From Botryllus schlosseri (taxonomy: Eukaryota): a stretch of DNA of 64,000 nt. The stretch covers positions 2,358,001 to 2,422,000 of the forward strand of contig CM119373.1 of the NCBI GenBank assembly GCA_051294905.1, in the 5' to 3' direction. Below the pieces are notes generated by a model. That model was not told the origin of the DNA. It made no database searches and saw only the letters and a program-made list of their open reading frames with translations. The translations under genes and the position numbers were made by a program. This document shows, piece by piece, positions 49,701 through 63,414 of the stretch (the first letter of the stretch is position 1; every line of letters begins with the position of its first letter).

Positions 49701-50081
49701 TAGGCTTACCATACGTCCTCTTTTAAGAGGATTTGTCCTCTTTTTTGACTTTTTTGAAAGTGTCCTCGGAGGACGCCCTTTTGTCCTCTTTTTTGAGATT
49801 TTGTCCTCTTTTTTGAAAATTTAGGTCAGATTTAGAGGTAATTGCGAGTGATATGCCGCAAATTAGCGCAGAAGTGAAGCTCCGGCGGGTATTTCGGAGG
49901 GAAAAGTGGTGATTTCAGCTCTGAGCGAGAAGTGAAGACCTTTTTTTTTTTTTTGTTTTTAGTCAACCGATCATGAAGTGGGAAAAATTTACCGGTTTTT
50001 GAGAATTCTTCTCCAGTTTTGCATGTCTGAAATTTCTGAAAAAGTGTCCTCTTTTTTCATTTCCGAAATATGGTAAGCCTA
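49701..50081. mobile_element. Blackjack-type hAT MITE (TAGGCTTACCATA) about 520 bp upstream of the SDR-3 ATG
   Basis: Perfect TSD CCATAATG; TGTCCTCTTTTT repeats. Confidence 0.9.
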
Positions 50082-50834
50082 CCATAATGCGTAACTAAAC
50101 AACCGCGGTTTTATGGACCTAACTATTCTGTAGCTTACATTCTACGAAGACGCGTGTCGCGTGACGAATAAAAACAACAAAATTATTGAAAGCGTGAAGA
50201 TATCACGAGACGTGAAAATATACCTTATAGACCAAGCAATGCAGCGTTTCATGTCGATATCGGGATAAGCATTACCAAGAATGCGCTAAATCAGATCCCC
50301 GCCATCCACAATAACCGCTCTTAAAAGCGATTACCGCATAGTGCGAACATTGGTTGCTAATATTTTCTGTATTAATGGTGTTTTTCGACTTCAATGATCA
50401 TATACAACAGGCCGTTATTCTTTATCCCGATGGTCACACTGATCAGATTGCGAGAAGGAGCCAACATGACATAAACTGCCAACACTTGGGAATCGAATCG
50501 TAAACCTGTTAGTGTTGCAGCTGTAGATCATACCATTACGTTATCTCGCCACACAGACATTGAAATTTCAAAACATCTCTCTCCAGGTCACGCAATGGCG
50601 CTTTCAACTTACGTAAAGTCGTAAACTCTTGTAACCCGAGACTCAACACCACTCTACGCCATCAACGGGATCGTCTGTGATTTGGTCATGTCGGCAATCA
50701 CATAAATGGAAGACGGTGCCGGTGTGTCTGGTAACATTCGCGTCAATTTGGTCTTAGACATATGGTTTTGCCGTCCATTCGCGACAATTATTAAAAAAAC
50801 ACGTGTCTCGTGAATCTGCGAGTTTATAACACAT

Positions 50835-51030
50835 CTATTTCATGGTCAGAGCCCTGCCACCGTCAATTAAAAAACTGAGTTCGGGTTGTCACAGTGCGCA
50901 GTCATCCGATGCCAAAAAGAGAATGGCTTTCGCCATTTCGTCTGTCTTATACCAACTGTTCGGAGCGGGTGGGCTTCAAATGCGCTCTCTTTAAGACTTT
51001 CCAATACCTCTCCCACGAGTCCGATATCCC
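50835..51030 (-). pseudogene. Orphan, frameshifted SDR exon 2
   Basis: Same acceptor (CTATATTTAG) and same end (DGGRALTMK*) as the intact exon 2 copies, but 196 bp with several small insertions. No exon 1 seen upstream within the window. Confidence 0.85.
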
Positions 51031-53332
51031 CTAAATATAGAATACGTAGTACATTGTGAATAGTGTCATGTATAAATGCGGCCTTGCATTGTAATACATA
51101 GATAACGTTGGGTAGTAAGCATGTAATATTAGGAAGATTAACATTACAGTCATGGTCTCTGGTCTGTACGGGTTTAAACGCATACAAACCATACCTACAA
51201 AGACTGCATAGTTGGTCAAACCATAGCCATTGTAGATATGCAAGTGCGAAATTTTGACACACTGCCGCATATTTCTGTTTGTTGAGAAGTGAATATTACG
51301 ATTTTGATGACATACTTGAAGACGAATTAGGCAGGAAATCACTTGAGAATGTAGTCTGGTGTTAAGAATAAGACCGGAATTTGCTACTCAGTAACCGTCA
51401 ACAGTTATCCGATAGAAGTAATTGTCGCAAATACCATCGCGATAGAAGGTCATCCTACACTCTCAGCGAACAAAAGTGTGTGAATTTGAATATATACCCC
51501 CTAGGTACACGAACTAAAACCTACCTCATACTTCGTGATATAAACCAAACACAACATTTCACTTACGCGACGCTTGCGCGTAGAGACGAAGAAATTGAGG
51601 TCCGATTCTGAATCGAGAGATACATACACTTTTCTCGCCAAATACTGTACGAACACGACTCGTATCGAGCCACGAACGTACTATGATTGCAAATTATACG
51701 ACTTGAATCGAGTCAATTCAAGTCACTACAAAGATATCAAGTCAAGTCATTTTATAGTCAAGTCAACCATACGAAATCCAACCTTGAAGTATATAGTTCA
51801 AAACATTAATAACGTTTGAGGTGAGTGTGTGCCAGAAATGAGTAATTCGCAAATTCCGTGTAAATGCTCAGGTAATGATTAACGTACGTTCTTTTTCAAA
51901 CGGAATTTGTTTCAGATACAAATTATAGCCATTATAGATATATAATCAGTAATATAAAAATGATACCGCGAGTAAAGTAAGTATTTTCAAATAATAGATT
52001 TGGTGTTTCGTGGAGCGGTATCTTCGTAACTAACGCAAAATGGCTTGCGTGACTCGATTTTCGAATCGAGTATGAAGCTTCGATTCGATTCGATTATTCG
52101 AGCGCTACGAGTGTCACCCATTATGACGTCATATCCGTGTGAATGAATTCAAATACGTACCGCAGTGGTTCACAAACTTTTTTGGCTTTTGGCACACTAG
52201 AAAAATTATCACAATACCCGCGGCACGCTATCAAGAAATTTGCTTTTTGAAAATAATTCACGTGGTAATGCGGTGACCAGGCTTATTTATACGAACATAT
52301 ATACGACTGAAACGGCATTGGATTGTTGTCAAACATACATTTCGTCGTTAATTCCAAGCATGCAGTCTCTTTCATTTACAGCTTTTAATTTCAATCAAAA
52401 CAAGAAAAAAACTCCGTTCACGTAGTCATGGAGATGCATAATCTACATTATATTGCATATGACACTAAAATTATGATTGCTTTGCATCTAGCATGGTATA
52501 GGATTTGGAAGAAGACAGCCATACCTCATTCATTTTTATGGAAACAGCGATTCAAAAAAAGGGTCGTTTCGTTAATCAATGAGCTGCTATTGGGCATAGA
52601 GATTGGTTGATTTACTGCTTTCAAATAGACTACTCATCTACAGTTGTGAACACCGAATCCAGAGAAGTAGTATTGCGTTGTAAGTTGAAATCCCATGTTT
52701 TGCGGAGCAATGTTTTGTTTATGAGTAGATACAGTAGGAGCGTGAAACGGATTAAAGACTTTCGTCGACACATACCAGCCCAATTTTGACGTTACAATTA
52801 CGCAACTCATCGGCAATGCCACGATTGATTACCTTGTAATGTTCACATGTTCTTATTTATCAGCTTTGAAGCAGTTAGACAGCTTTCAAGCCGCATATGC
52901 AAAGCCTGTATGCCTCAAATATATACAGTTTCTTTTTTTAATTACAAAAGGATTCACACGTATGGGAATCACTGATGCAAAGTTTAGTCGACTGGAGATA
53001 ATATATTACCGGTGACAATACTTTGCGTAGAATGTGGTATTTTCCGGCCACTTTTTCTGAGATGACTATGACGATCCCTCTTTTTTAACGAAATATCGCT
53101 TGTACCACTGTGCGCAGCTTTATTGTACTAGGCAGGAGTGGGTGTATGATTTCAAAGATTCTCCTTTCTATCCTTTCATTGTATCGCAATATTGTGGTGC
53201 TTTCAAGTTATGATATTAATAATAAAACTGATGCAGAAGCGAGTTCTAAAGAATGCGCGAGTGGAAGACGTCTTTAAAGCGTACAAAAACAAATATCTAT
53301 GAGCAATACAATATTCATTGTCGTGAATCAGA

Positions 53333-54634
53333 CAGTGTTGGGATGACTCGAGTCACCTTTTTCGTATGACTTGACTTGACTCGAGTCACTTTGCAAAAAT
53401 GACTTGACTTGACTTGACTCGACGCTTCAAAAATGCAGATTGACTCGTGACTCGAAGCAAAATTTACGAGTCAATTTCAAGTCATCAAGTAATCGATGTC
53501 GGATAAATCGCCGTATCTTGTATAAGTTCGGATTGTTAACCAATCACTCAATGATTGCGCGTTTTTCCGAGCCTCCATTGTTACATCACTAATGAATTGA
53601 TCGTTAGCGCAGTGATCGGAGCTTATAGCTTACATTGTCGTAATCTTGCTCACCTAAACCAACCCTGTTGCGTGCTTTAAGTCGAACGAATATTGTCCAT
53701 ACGTTTATAGTTTTATATCATGGATATATATATGTGGGTAGGGTATTGCTCCATATCATTTTATTGAACCGTCTGATGCTTCATATGCTATCCTATATTT
53801 TGGCTGAAAATTATAGATCAGGTGGGCAGAGCTGCTTCACGCGCGAGCCGCATATCAAAAATCGTTGCCTTAAACGACTCACAACACAAAAATTGATATA
53901 TACTACTATATTTCGTCACGAGGGAATGTAGGGTATCGAATGAAGTTTATTATTGTGTGGTATCAGACGATGCGTCTCCACCTACGCTGCAAGGTGTTTG
54001 AAATCGGACTGATATGACGTCAAACAGTGCGGAGCTCGGTAATCATAATAACTCGTAAACATGTCTTTTTTGGGTAACTCTTGGAATTGGAAATTAAGGT
54101 TTTGGTGTTTGGTGACGTTTCAATTCTAGCTGTGTGATTATTGGGCGAATCTTGACGGAAAAGGCACAGTGGGTTACGTTCATTATCACCTGCACACTCA
54201 TTGAAGAGTCGCAATCAAAGACTCAAAGAGCATGCAGCATGAGGCTCGCGAGTCGCAGTTTTCCCTCCCCTTTTATAGACTGAGGCTATACCGCTATACT
54301 TGTGAAGCTTGACAGTTCTACATATGATGGGCGATCGAGCGCCTTCGTGCGTGTATAATCAACTCTTTATTCGTTCCTCGATTCAGAATAAATGGGGACT
54401 CCATCCGTATTTAAAACAGTTAGCAATATGCAATGACCTTGAATCATGTACAGTATCGTACTTTGAAAATTCAACTTGACTCGACTAGTGACTTGACTCG
54501 TGACTTGACTTGACTTGACTTGACTTGACTCGAGTCACCTTTGAAAATCGAGTGACTTGACTTGACTCGAGTCAAAATCTGCAATGACTCGAGATGACTC
54601 GTGACTCGAAGGTAGTGACTTGATCCCAACACTG
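53333..54634. mobile_element. CAGTGTTGGGA-family hAT MITE with nested Charlie-type MITE (53819-54272)
   Basis: Perfect TSD GAATCAGA; nested element TSD TTATAGAT/TTATAGAC. Confidence 0.9.
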
Positions 54635-55802
54635 GAATCAGATGACATGAATTTGCGAAAGAACAGTGTGTGCGCATTAAACAAGAACAGCTGTGAAGCA
54701 AAAAAACTCCTGAAATAGGAAGTAAGACACGATTCACGTTTTATCACCGTTTTTTATAATCCACAGGACGTCGATCTAGTTTTGATTACTTCGTAATACT
54801 GTAACACGTCACTTTTCGCAAGTGCTAGTCGTGGAGAAGTAATGTTACTGCAGAGGAACAACGCCCCGCATCGGGATTATCGTATAGGCAGCAGACCAGA
54901 GACGTGAAAAGCATAGCATATCGGATGTAATATTCCTTATAAGAGTTTGGAAAGCAGAACGTAATTAGGGTGTTCTATATTATTCTGATGTTTTAGTACC
55001 ATACCCTCAAAACGCAGGTATGCAATTCCAGTTCATGCATAGCATATGCTATGGATGTTGTGAACGTGGGATTCACATTCGCATTTGGTGTGTGAACCTC
55101 AGAAATTTAGAGGTTTGCCTTCGCAAACGAACCCAGGTAGGTTCTGCACAGTGAACCCTTTTCATACATTACACATTTTTCAGTCATTATAAACAGCTTC
55201 GGTTGGAATTCTTTCCAGCTGAACTTCCGACCACCCTCTGTATCGCGCTAGCAGCATGAAAAGAAATTCAGCATCAAACGAGTACCACTATAATTAATAA
55301 TTAAAGAATTGGCCACCGTAAATACTATTTTATTCATAATCTCAATTTTTCGACGGCGATAACTCCGCTTCTACTGGTTGGAATTGAACCAAATTTGGTG
55401 AGCATCGTTTCTATAGACAACCTAACACTTTCATGGGGTGAACAGAAAATTTTCAAATTTTTTGTTATTTATTTTTACATAATAAATAGAAACTTTTTTC
55501 TCCTGTAGCAATGCGGCTAATCGTTGGAATTGAACCAAATTTGGTATGTAGGCCTAAATTAGGTAACCTAACAGTTTGATCAAGTAGCCAGTGCGATTTG
55601 AGAAAAAAAGTCATTTTTGAAGAGCCCTACTATATATGGTGATGTTGAACAGCCACCATTTATAATCTAAATATGGGGGCTACAAATTTCGAGCGATTTG
55701 ATAATCTCTTTTAAACAAAATTATTGTGGGCGAACTAATATTCATCAATTATTGATATAAGCGATATTCTAACTTTAATAACTGCTTGAATCTACTGTGA
55801 AA

Positions 55803-57154
55803 ATGGAGGAGAAAAGAAATATCTCAGAGACTCTTCCTCTGACTGGCCACGATGGCGCATCAGCTCAAGCGAACAAACGCGACCAAAGCTCGTGGTATGG
55901 ACATTGTGGAAGTACACCAACTTTCGTCAAAGGCTTGTACTTCTGTATTGTCTCGTGGGTGACCTCCTTGTCTACCTCTGCGATTCTTTCCCCATTCCAT
56001 TCATGCCCAAAGCACTACTAGAGAGAGGGGGGACGGAGGTGCAGCTGCCATATCACTTCAAATCACTCCTCTGGCGATGGCAATCAGTAGTCTGGTGTTT
56101 GGAAAATACCAAATATATATGGACAGCAAAAGCTTGCTCCTCTGTGGATTGTCCTGTTACGTAATCGCAGAAGCTTGTTTCGGATTGTTGGATTACACGA
56201 AGAGCGTTGACATGATGTTTTTGGGGGCTGTCGCGATCAGATCTCTACAAGGAATCGCCCAAGCGGCTTATTTCGTCGCCGAACTTACCATCATTTGTCT
56301 TGAGTACCCCGAACATAGAACTCAGGTATATGGGATGGCCCAATCCATGACAGCGATCGGTTATATCGTGGGTCCGTTGATAGGGAGTATACTATACCGT
56401 AATTTCGAGGGTCTGTTGCTACCTTTCGCAATTGCGGGGTGTGTTATGGCTCCTCTCATCCCATGTGGGTACTTTCTTCTCCGGAGATATTGTGCGGAAA
56501 TTGGCGGAATCAGAAGCTCACGAATAATGAACGTCATTCACAAACCGGCTTCTATTCTAATCCTGGGATGTACTTGCCTGGCGGACGGGACCGCCGGGCT
56601 GTCGGTTGTTCTGGGTAGCGTGTATATGCTATCGCGGATTGACCGAAGTAGACATTGCGTTGGCGGTTCTAGCGTCGGCGGTAGCGAACGGGATTACGTC
56701 GCCCATCGCTGGAATCATCGCCAGTACTGGTCGTAATTCAAGGCGTTTACTTTTGGCCATTGGCTTGACTGGTCTAATATCGCACCCAGTGATATACACT
56801 CCAAACCAAACACGGGTTGGCATGTTTGCAGGGCTTAGTATGTGTGGGTTTTCATCTGCCCTCACTTTGGTTAGCGGGTTCGGCGAGTTGATATATCAAA
56901 CGGTTGGGGACGATGTCAACTTACAGAGTGACTTTGCGTCGCACAGCGCGCTGTCTGGAGTTTGGACCTTATCTACTGGTATTGGAGCGTTACTCTTTCC
57001 GTTCGTCGGGTCGCTACTTCACAACTTTATGACGCTGCCACTGGATTTCATTTGCACCTCTGGAATCGAGATGGGCATGATTTTATTGGTGCTGTTATGT
57101 ATGATTGCTGTACAGCGTTTCAAATCGATTAAGCCAAATGCATGTTCAAATTAG
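55803..57154 (+). pseudogene. Full-length MFS paralog (MFS-C) with three frameshifts: pseudogene or assembly error
   Basis: ORF pieces 55797, 55892, 56077 and 56606 together cover the whole protein. Indels are about +2 (~55897), -1 (~56045) and -2 (~56635). The span is 1352 bp versus 1353 bp for the intact copies. Confidence 0.82.
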
Positions 57155-57791
57155 TTCCCTAGTATCAGACATAGACGTGTCTGGTATTTCAGGAACCAGA
57201 TGCCAGAGCTGTGAAAACACCTAACTCCATACGTTATCGATTTATCCACTAGTCATTTTCACAGCTACATAAAGGAAGCGTGTAATCGAGGTAATTAGTT
57301 AATTCATAGACCGGGTTTCGTTGACGAATCTCACACACACACCAGACAGGTGCTATTGAACACCTAGTAGGTGTTCTAGTGAACCTTTCGCAACCCTTGT
57401 CGGTTTACGTGTGTATAGTTGCAATTATTGTTGCCGCAGAATTTCACCCTTTAATATTCTCGCCATACGTAACTGCTTCGTGATTGTGACGCATGAATAA
57501 GTTACTGTATTTCACCACTACACGTACTTTATTTACAACCGAAGCATAGGCAGCTGACAGTGCCACGTGGTCGTGTACCAAGAATAGGCTTTAAAATTCT
57601 GCAGTTACAATTATCACGCAAAATTTTGAAGTAAAATTTCAACATTTGACCCCTAAACCATTTATAGACTGCAAATCACCCATTCACATGATTATGTGAG
57701 AAGTAATACTACGGAACGACACCTATTTTGTTTACAGTGTGCGCGGGACTGAGGTTGCAGTTGGCTGATCAACAAAGATATCAGATTCCAC

Positions 57792-58437
57792 CAGTGTTGG
57801 GATGACTCGAGTCAGATTCGAGTCAACTTTTTCGTCTGACTTGACTTGACTCGAGTTACTTTATAAAAATGCCTCGACTTGACTTGACTCGGCGCTTCAG
57901 AAATGTGGATTGACTCGTGACTCGGAGCAAAATTTACTAGTCATTTTCAAGTCATTAAGTAAACGGTGTCGAATAAATCATTCTATCTTATGTATGTCGG
58001 TGTCGGGGTTACGTGATACGCCGGCGTCACTCGCGAGAGCAACCAGTCATTCACTGATTGATTGTACGTTTCACTGATCCTCCATTGTTACATCGCAAAT
58101 AAATTGACCGCAAACGCAACGATCACAGCTTCCGTTGTCGTACTAGCACTAGCAGTTGATTAATCTAATAGCAACGTATCTTTGATTCTTAGACGGCCCA
58201 GTGCTTACGTTGCGCAGTGCTCACCTTTACCAATACTCTTGTATGATTTATATCGAACGAATATGGTTTATGAGCTTATATTCTCACGAACCGGTAGTGT
58301 ATTGTACCACATCAATTCGCTCAACTTCTCGAGGCTTCGTATTCGATCCTCTATATTAACTGATAATAACGGACTGCAGCATGTAGCTATACAGTAACTT
58401 ACGTATTTTATTAGTAGTTCTACGTGTGCGTGAGCGA
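57792..58437. mobile_element. Truncated CAGTGTTGGGA-family element
   Basis: One TIR plus internal sequence that is the reverse complement of 38390-39057. Confidence 0.8.
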
Positions 58438-58998
58438 CGTCATGATTTCAGATTGAATACATGCATCGTACAACAGGGAGCGACGTCACCATATATCCAT
58501 CTATTTATTTTTGGTGCACAAATATAGATACTAACTAATGGATTTACCGCTCTGAATTCTGCAGTGAGTATATAACGTCCAATTTTGTTTAAAAACCCCA
58601 GCCGCCCAGCATCTAGTAGCTATAGTGCATCTTCGAGGTCGCTAACACCCCAGGGGGGACCTTTGAAAACCACTAGATTAGGTGGTGAAGACTGTGATCC
58701 CATGGTGTCCCTTCTGGTTGGTACGACAAGTAGTATTGTGATCCCTTTGTAAATTTTACGCGCAGAGTGTCGACTATTGATGTTTTATGTTGTAGCAGCA
58801 GTCGATAATTTTTTTTAGCGTACCTACAACTTCGTGAACGTGGAAAAGTGATTAATTTTTTTTTAAACTATAATGCGTAATATCGAAGTAATGGTGAGCA
58901 ATGCTCACCGTATATGCTCACTGAGCATATACGGAAGAGTAGCTTATAGACAAGCCAATCACGGAATCGTTTTGTCCCCAGTTACTAAGACTCGTCAA

Positions 58999-60290
58999 CA
59001 GGGCCGTAACAGCACTTCGTCAGGCCCCCCCCAAAACGTTGGTCATGGGCCCCCCATAGGGTGATAAACCGAACCTCTGGGGGGGCTTCGCCCCCCAGAC
59101 CCCCCTTGGCTATACGCTGTTTACCGCTACTAATCGTGTGTGTTGAGCGTCCGTTTAGTGGGCCAGCTTTGTAGACGCGCGAAGCGCGGAAAATTTCAAA
59201 ATTCATCATTGAATCGGTCAATATGATCGAGAATTGAATATATATTGTTATCAATTTTATCCTCTCTCTGCCCACGTAATCAGATTTACCGGTAGACCTA
59301 AGTGAGGTGTATTTGAAATGGTAGGACCCCTCAATAATAATTAAACATATTCGGGCGTATACCCGTTCGCAGGAACGAAACAGCACTTGGCCAGGCCCCC
59401 CAATAAAACTTGGGTCTTGGGCTCCCATAGGGTGATAAACCGCCCCCACCCCCCATCACGTTGTTCGCTTTTGTCACGAAATAAGGTCCCCAGTTTAGTG
59501 AGCCAGCGCGATAATTCATGATAAAATCGGTCAATAATATTGGGAATTGCATATATATTGCTATCAATTTCTTGTTCTCTCTGTTTACGTTATCAGATTT
59601 ACCGGTAGAGCTGAATGAGGTGTCTTGGAAACTGTAGGGCCCGTAAATATTAATTTAAAAATATTCGGGCGGGCGGCCCCGTTGGTATGACTTCGTTTCA
59701 TGATGTCATTTTGTGATCTCCTGTCTGTTATATCAAAAAATACAGAATCGCCCAAATGTACTAAACTAACGACGCACACGATTTCAAATTGGTATTTCTT
59801 CACGGGCATACAATTTTTCCATGCGGAATGGTATTTGTCTTGTGAGGTTCAGATTGCCAAGACAGGAACATTCGGCGCCAGTCATTTAGGCGCCTATGGA
59901 CAATTAAACCTATATGCATTTTGCATATATAACGAAGTTTTCGGTCAGCGTAAGCGGGCAGTCCTTTTTGGCCCAGGTTTTCTCGCTGCCGATCGTTCTG
60001 GCACACTTCTTGGAGTCGCATGCTACATGTTCTAAAACCTTAAATGTCTCGCCGATATGTCCATTTCAATAAATCTTGCGTATTTTGTCTTAGGGAAGAG
60101 TAGGCTACCAAATAACTAAGAAAGTTGGCAACTTTAAAGCGCGCGCAGCGCGAAAATTTTTTGAAAAAGTTGCATAAATTTTTGAAAAATACTCAATAAT
60201 TTATGCTAATTCGCGAAATAATTTTGGGCCCCCTTCGAGCTCGGGCCCCCCCCCAATTGGGGGGTTTGGGGTGCGGCAGTTACGGTCCTG
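58999..60290 (-). mobile_element. Complete CAGGGCCGTA-family hAT MITE (1292 bp)
   Basis: Perfect TSD CTCGTCAA. Confidence 0.92.
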
Positions 60291-61564
60291 CTCGTCAATG
60301 AAGAATACTGCCCTTATCCCGCAAACAATCTAGTACGCTCGATGGCCTAATTCTGCTACTAATGTCCAGTTAATAATATGAATTGAATATATGTTGGAGA
60401 AAACACCTAACTATGAGCTAACGGTATCAGGGGTAGGCAAAAGGTGGACCGAAACGCAGATTGCGATAGCGGGACCTTTCATGTTATGCCGGGAAAACTT
60501 ATCACTGCACATTAAAATCTTAAATACCCAAAGGGAAGCCGGTGGTGGGGCGAGGATTATTTTCATGTTATCGAAAAAAATGAATCATCTTCAGTGTTAA
60601 TTCGCCTCCTCTTCCAGTCCTCACGAGCTTAACCCAAATGTTCAATTACAATATATTTGGAAGGGTCACGCCAAACGGTGTCTGAACACCCCTTTGCACA
60701 GCAAACCAAATATATCTGCGTGGGTGCAGTTCCAAATACGTGTTGTTAGGGGAGAACCAACAAGATGAAGTGACGAATAAACAAACAAACAAGCAAAGGG
60801 GCGTACTTTTAAAACGTTCTGTGACTGTTGGTATATTACGCACTCTAATCGCTCTCTGCGCTATAATGGCACGACGACTTTACAGAACTCCTGTAGTGTA
60901 GACTTTCAGCGTGAGTACTGGAGGTCAATCAGTTGGGTGGCAAGCTGCGTAGGTGAATATTCTAAAAAGAACGGGCTATCGAACACGGACTGTGCTACGC
61001 AAGCAGTTATGGTCCAAGCAACTCGCATGATAGAGTGATTAATCTGCCTATAGAATGAACCGGAAACCCGATTGCAATACCTCACGTTAGAATTCCTGTT
61101 ATCGTGAAGCGACATGCAGCACACGCACATAACGGGGAATGTAATTTGAAATGGGATAGCAATTATGCTGCGTTCAGATTGCTGAGCACTGATTTCCTCA
61201 GGGCAAGAGACCGTGTCGACGGCTGTTGCGTATCTATCCGTAGGATCTCGTGCCGCTGTCCAATCGATTCTCACTAATTGGTGGCACTGATAGTACGAAT
61301 TGCTGAATTACAAATGAGCGAAGAAATATAGAGATATATACGATCGGCATTTCATACAGGCGTTTAATAAACGAAGTTAATAATGTAAAGAATTTGTTTT
61401 TCAAGTGAGTCTATTATCAAATTGAAGCCCCACAATTGGGGTATTCCCCACCGGTTGGAAACACTTGCATTAGAATATATCTTTAAATATAATTTTACAT
61501 CACTACAATAATTTCGCGACAGCTGATGAAATGTATATTTTCCCCGCCAATTTGTGGGTCACAC

Positions 61565-62113
61565 CAGGGTTGTAATAACTCGAGTCATGACTCACTGGAA
61601 ACCGACTCGAATCACGATTTTCTGATGACTCGACTCAAATCAATCTTTTCATTGACCCGACTTGGACTCGAGTCATTGGGCATGACTCAAACTAAGTCAT
61701 ATGACTCGAGACTCGGACGGCCAAGACCGACATTTCATTGTAATTTTTATAAGAATTAAGTAACCACAATCTTGGGATTTCGTCTATTGGTACTGGTACT
61801 TGAAAATGCGACGAGAAACTTCCCAAAGTAGGGAAAATTAGTATATTATAAATGCGAACCCTTCGATATCACCAAACAGAGTTATAAAAAGTGAGTTTAA
61901 CACGACTTTAACTGGAAAGTGAACAGTCAACACAATGACTTGGACTCGGACTCTAGTCATAATACCATGACTCGGACTCGGCCTTCTGCTTATTTGACTT
62001 GGACTCGGACTTGACTCTCCGTTTAGTGAAAATGACTCGACTTGACTCGAGTCAAAACTATAAAAGTGAGAGTGACTTGTGACTCGGAGCCATGTGACTT
62101 GTTTATAACCATG
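61565..62113. mobile_element. hAT MITE (CAGGGTTGTAA family)
   Basis: TSD GGTCACAC/GGCCACAC; GACTCGAGTC repeats. Confidence 0.8.
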
Positions 62114-62573
62114 GGCCACACTCAATAGCTTCATTAGCCAACATCAAGGTGTCCGCTGTCCAATGGTCCATTATATCAGAAATAACCTGATTTCATGAAG
62201 TAACAATGCGTGTTGTAGGCCGACATATCGTAATATCGCCTCAGGACAAGCTACATATTTTTGAATTACAATTATGGTTCTGTCAAATTGATATTGCTTG
62301 GTGATCATCCTGCCAAAGCACAGAAAATTATTTCAAAGTTCAACAAATTGATAAAAATATTCATATGACTTCTACATTCTTAGAGTCTACGATTTTAAAA
62401 TCTCATTGGTTATTTACGTAGTGGAAATTAAGATAAGCAAATGCAATTGTAACGCGACAGCGGTCGAATATCATTTATTTTATGCTATTTAACTTGGAAT
62501 GAATATCATCCATAATGTCATCTTCATTCGTATGCGCGTCGCGCAACTTTGTTGTCTTCAAATAGATGTCGAC

Positions 62574-63414
62574 TAGGGTTAGTTCGGATATCAATAATTT
62601 TCACTATCCGGATAACGGATATATCCGGATATTTTGGAATTTATCTAACCGGTTAACCGGATAATAACTGCTAAGTGAGACAATCGATTTCATTAGATCT
62701 GCATGTAAAACGGATCGCAAAATCATTACACAGTGTTATTGTAGAGTACCTACCTAAGTACCTACGCGCGCAGTATGAGCGAATACGAGAAAAACCACGC
62801 AAATTTAATGTTCACTGCTTCTGCAATGCCCTCTTTTGAAAGCACAGATGCATCAATTGTGGGATCCTGTAGCCGGGACCGGAATTTTGTAACAAAGAGT
62901 CCACGTTCATTGAATGCTTTTTCAGCTTCCACAGAAGTGGGCTGAATAGAAAGCAGCGCTTCGTAGAGAGTCAAAAGGTTGGCAGGTCGTACGCCGGAAA
63001 CTTCAACGGCTTTACATCCTTTTGACCATCCTTATGTTTAGGTTTGGAGTTCTAGAAGGACGACTAGCTGACACTGGAATTGATGCCGACATGATACCTC
63101 GCTCTAATTCACGTGATCAGGCACGCAGCCAGCCGAAAATGTAGGGGGATTGAAATAAAATCAGGGGGTTTCGATTTTTTTTTCGAATTAATCATCAGCG
63201 GAAATCAATTACGCTTGCACGCACGCACATTTTTGCGAACATTCGATGTCATTCAGTTTCGCGGTGTCACTCTCGGAATCACTAATTAGAATACACTTAA
63301 AGGCATATCGTCAACAAGCCATCGAGAGATAGGAGCCAATGCATGCTGGGTCCGAGATGGTTAGGCCAGCGACTATATCGTTCGTAGGCCTATTGCAGAT
63401 GCGATTGTGTAGGT
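62574..63414 (-). mobile_element. Second copy of the 20402-22616 hAT derivative (interrupted at 63415)
   Basis: Same TIR; ORF 62762-62974 LLSIQPTSVEAEKAF. Confidence 0.8.
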
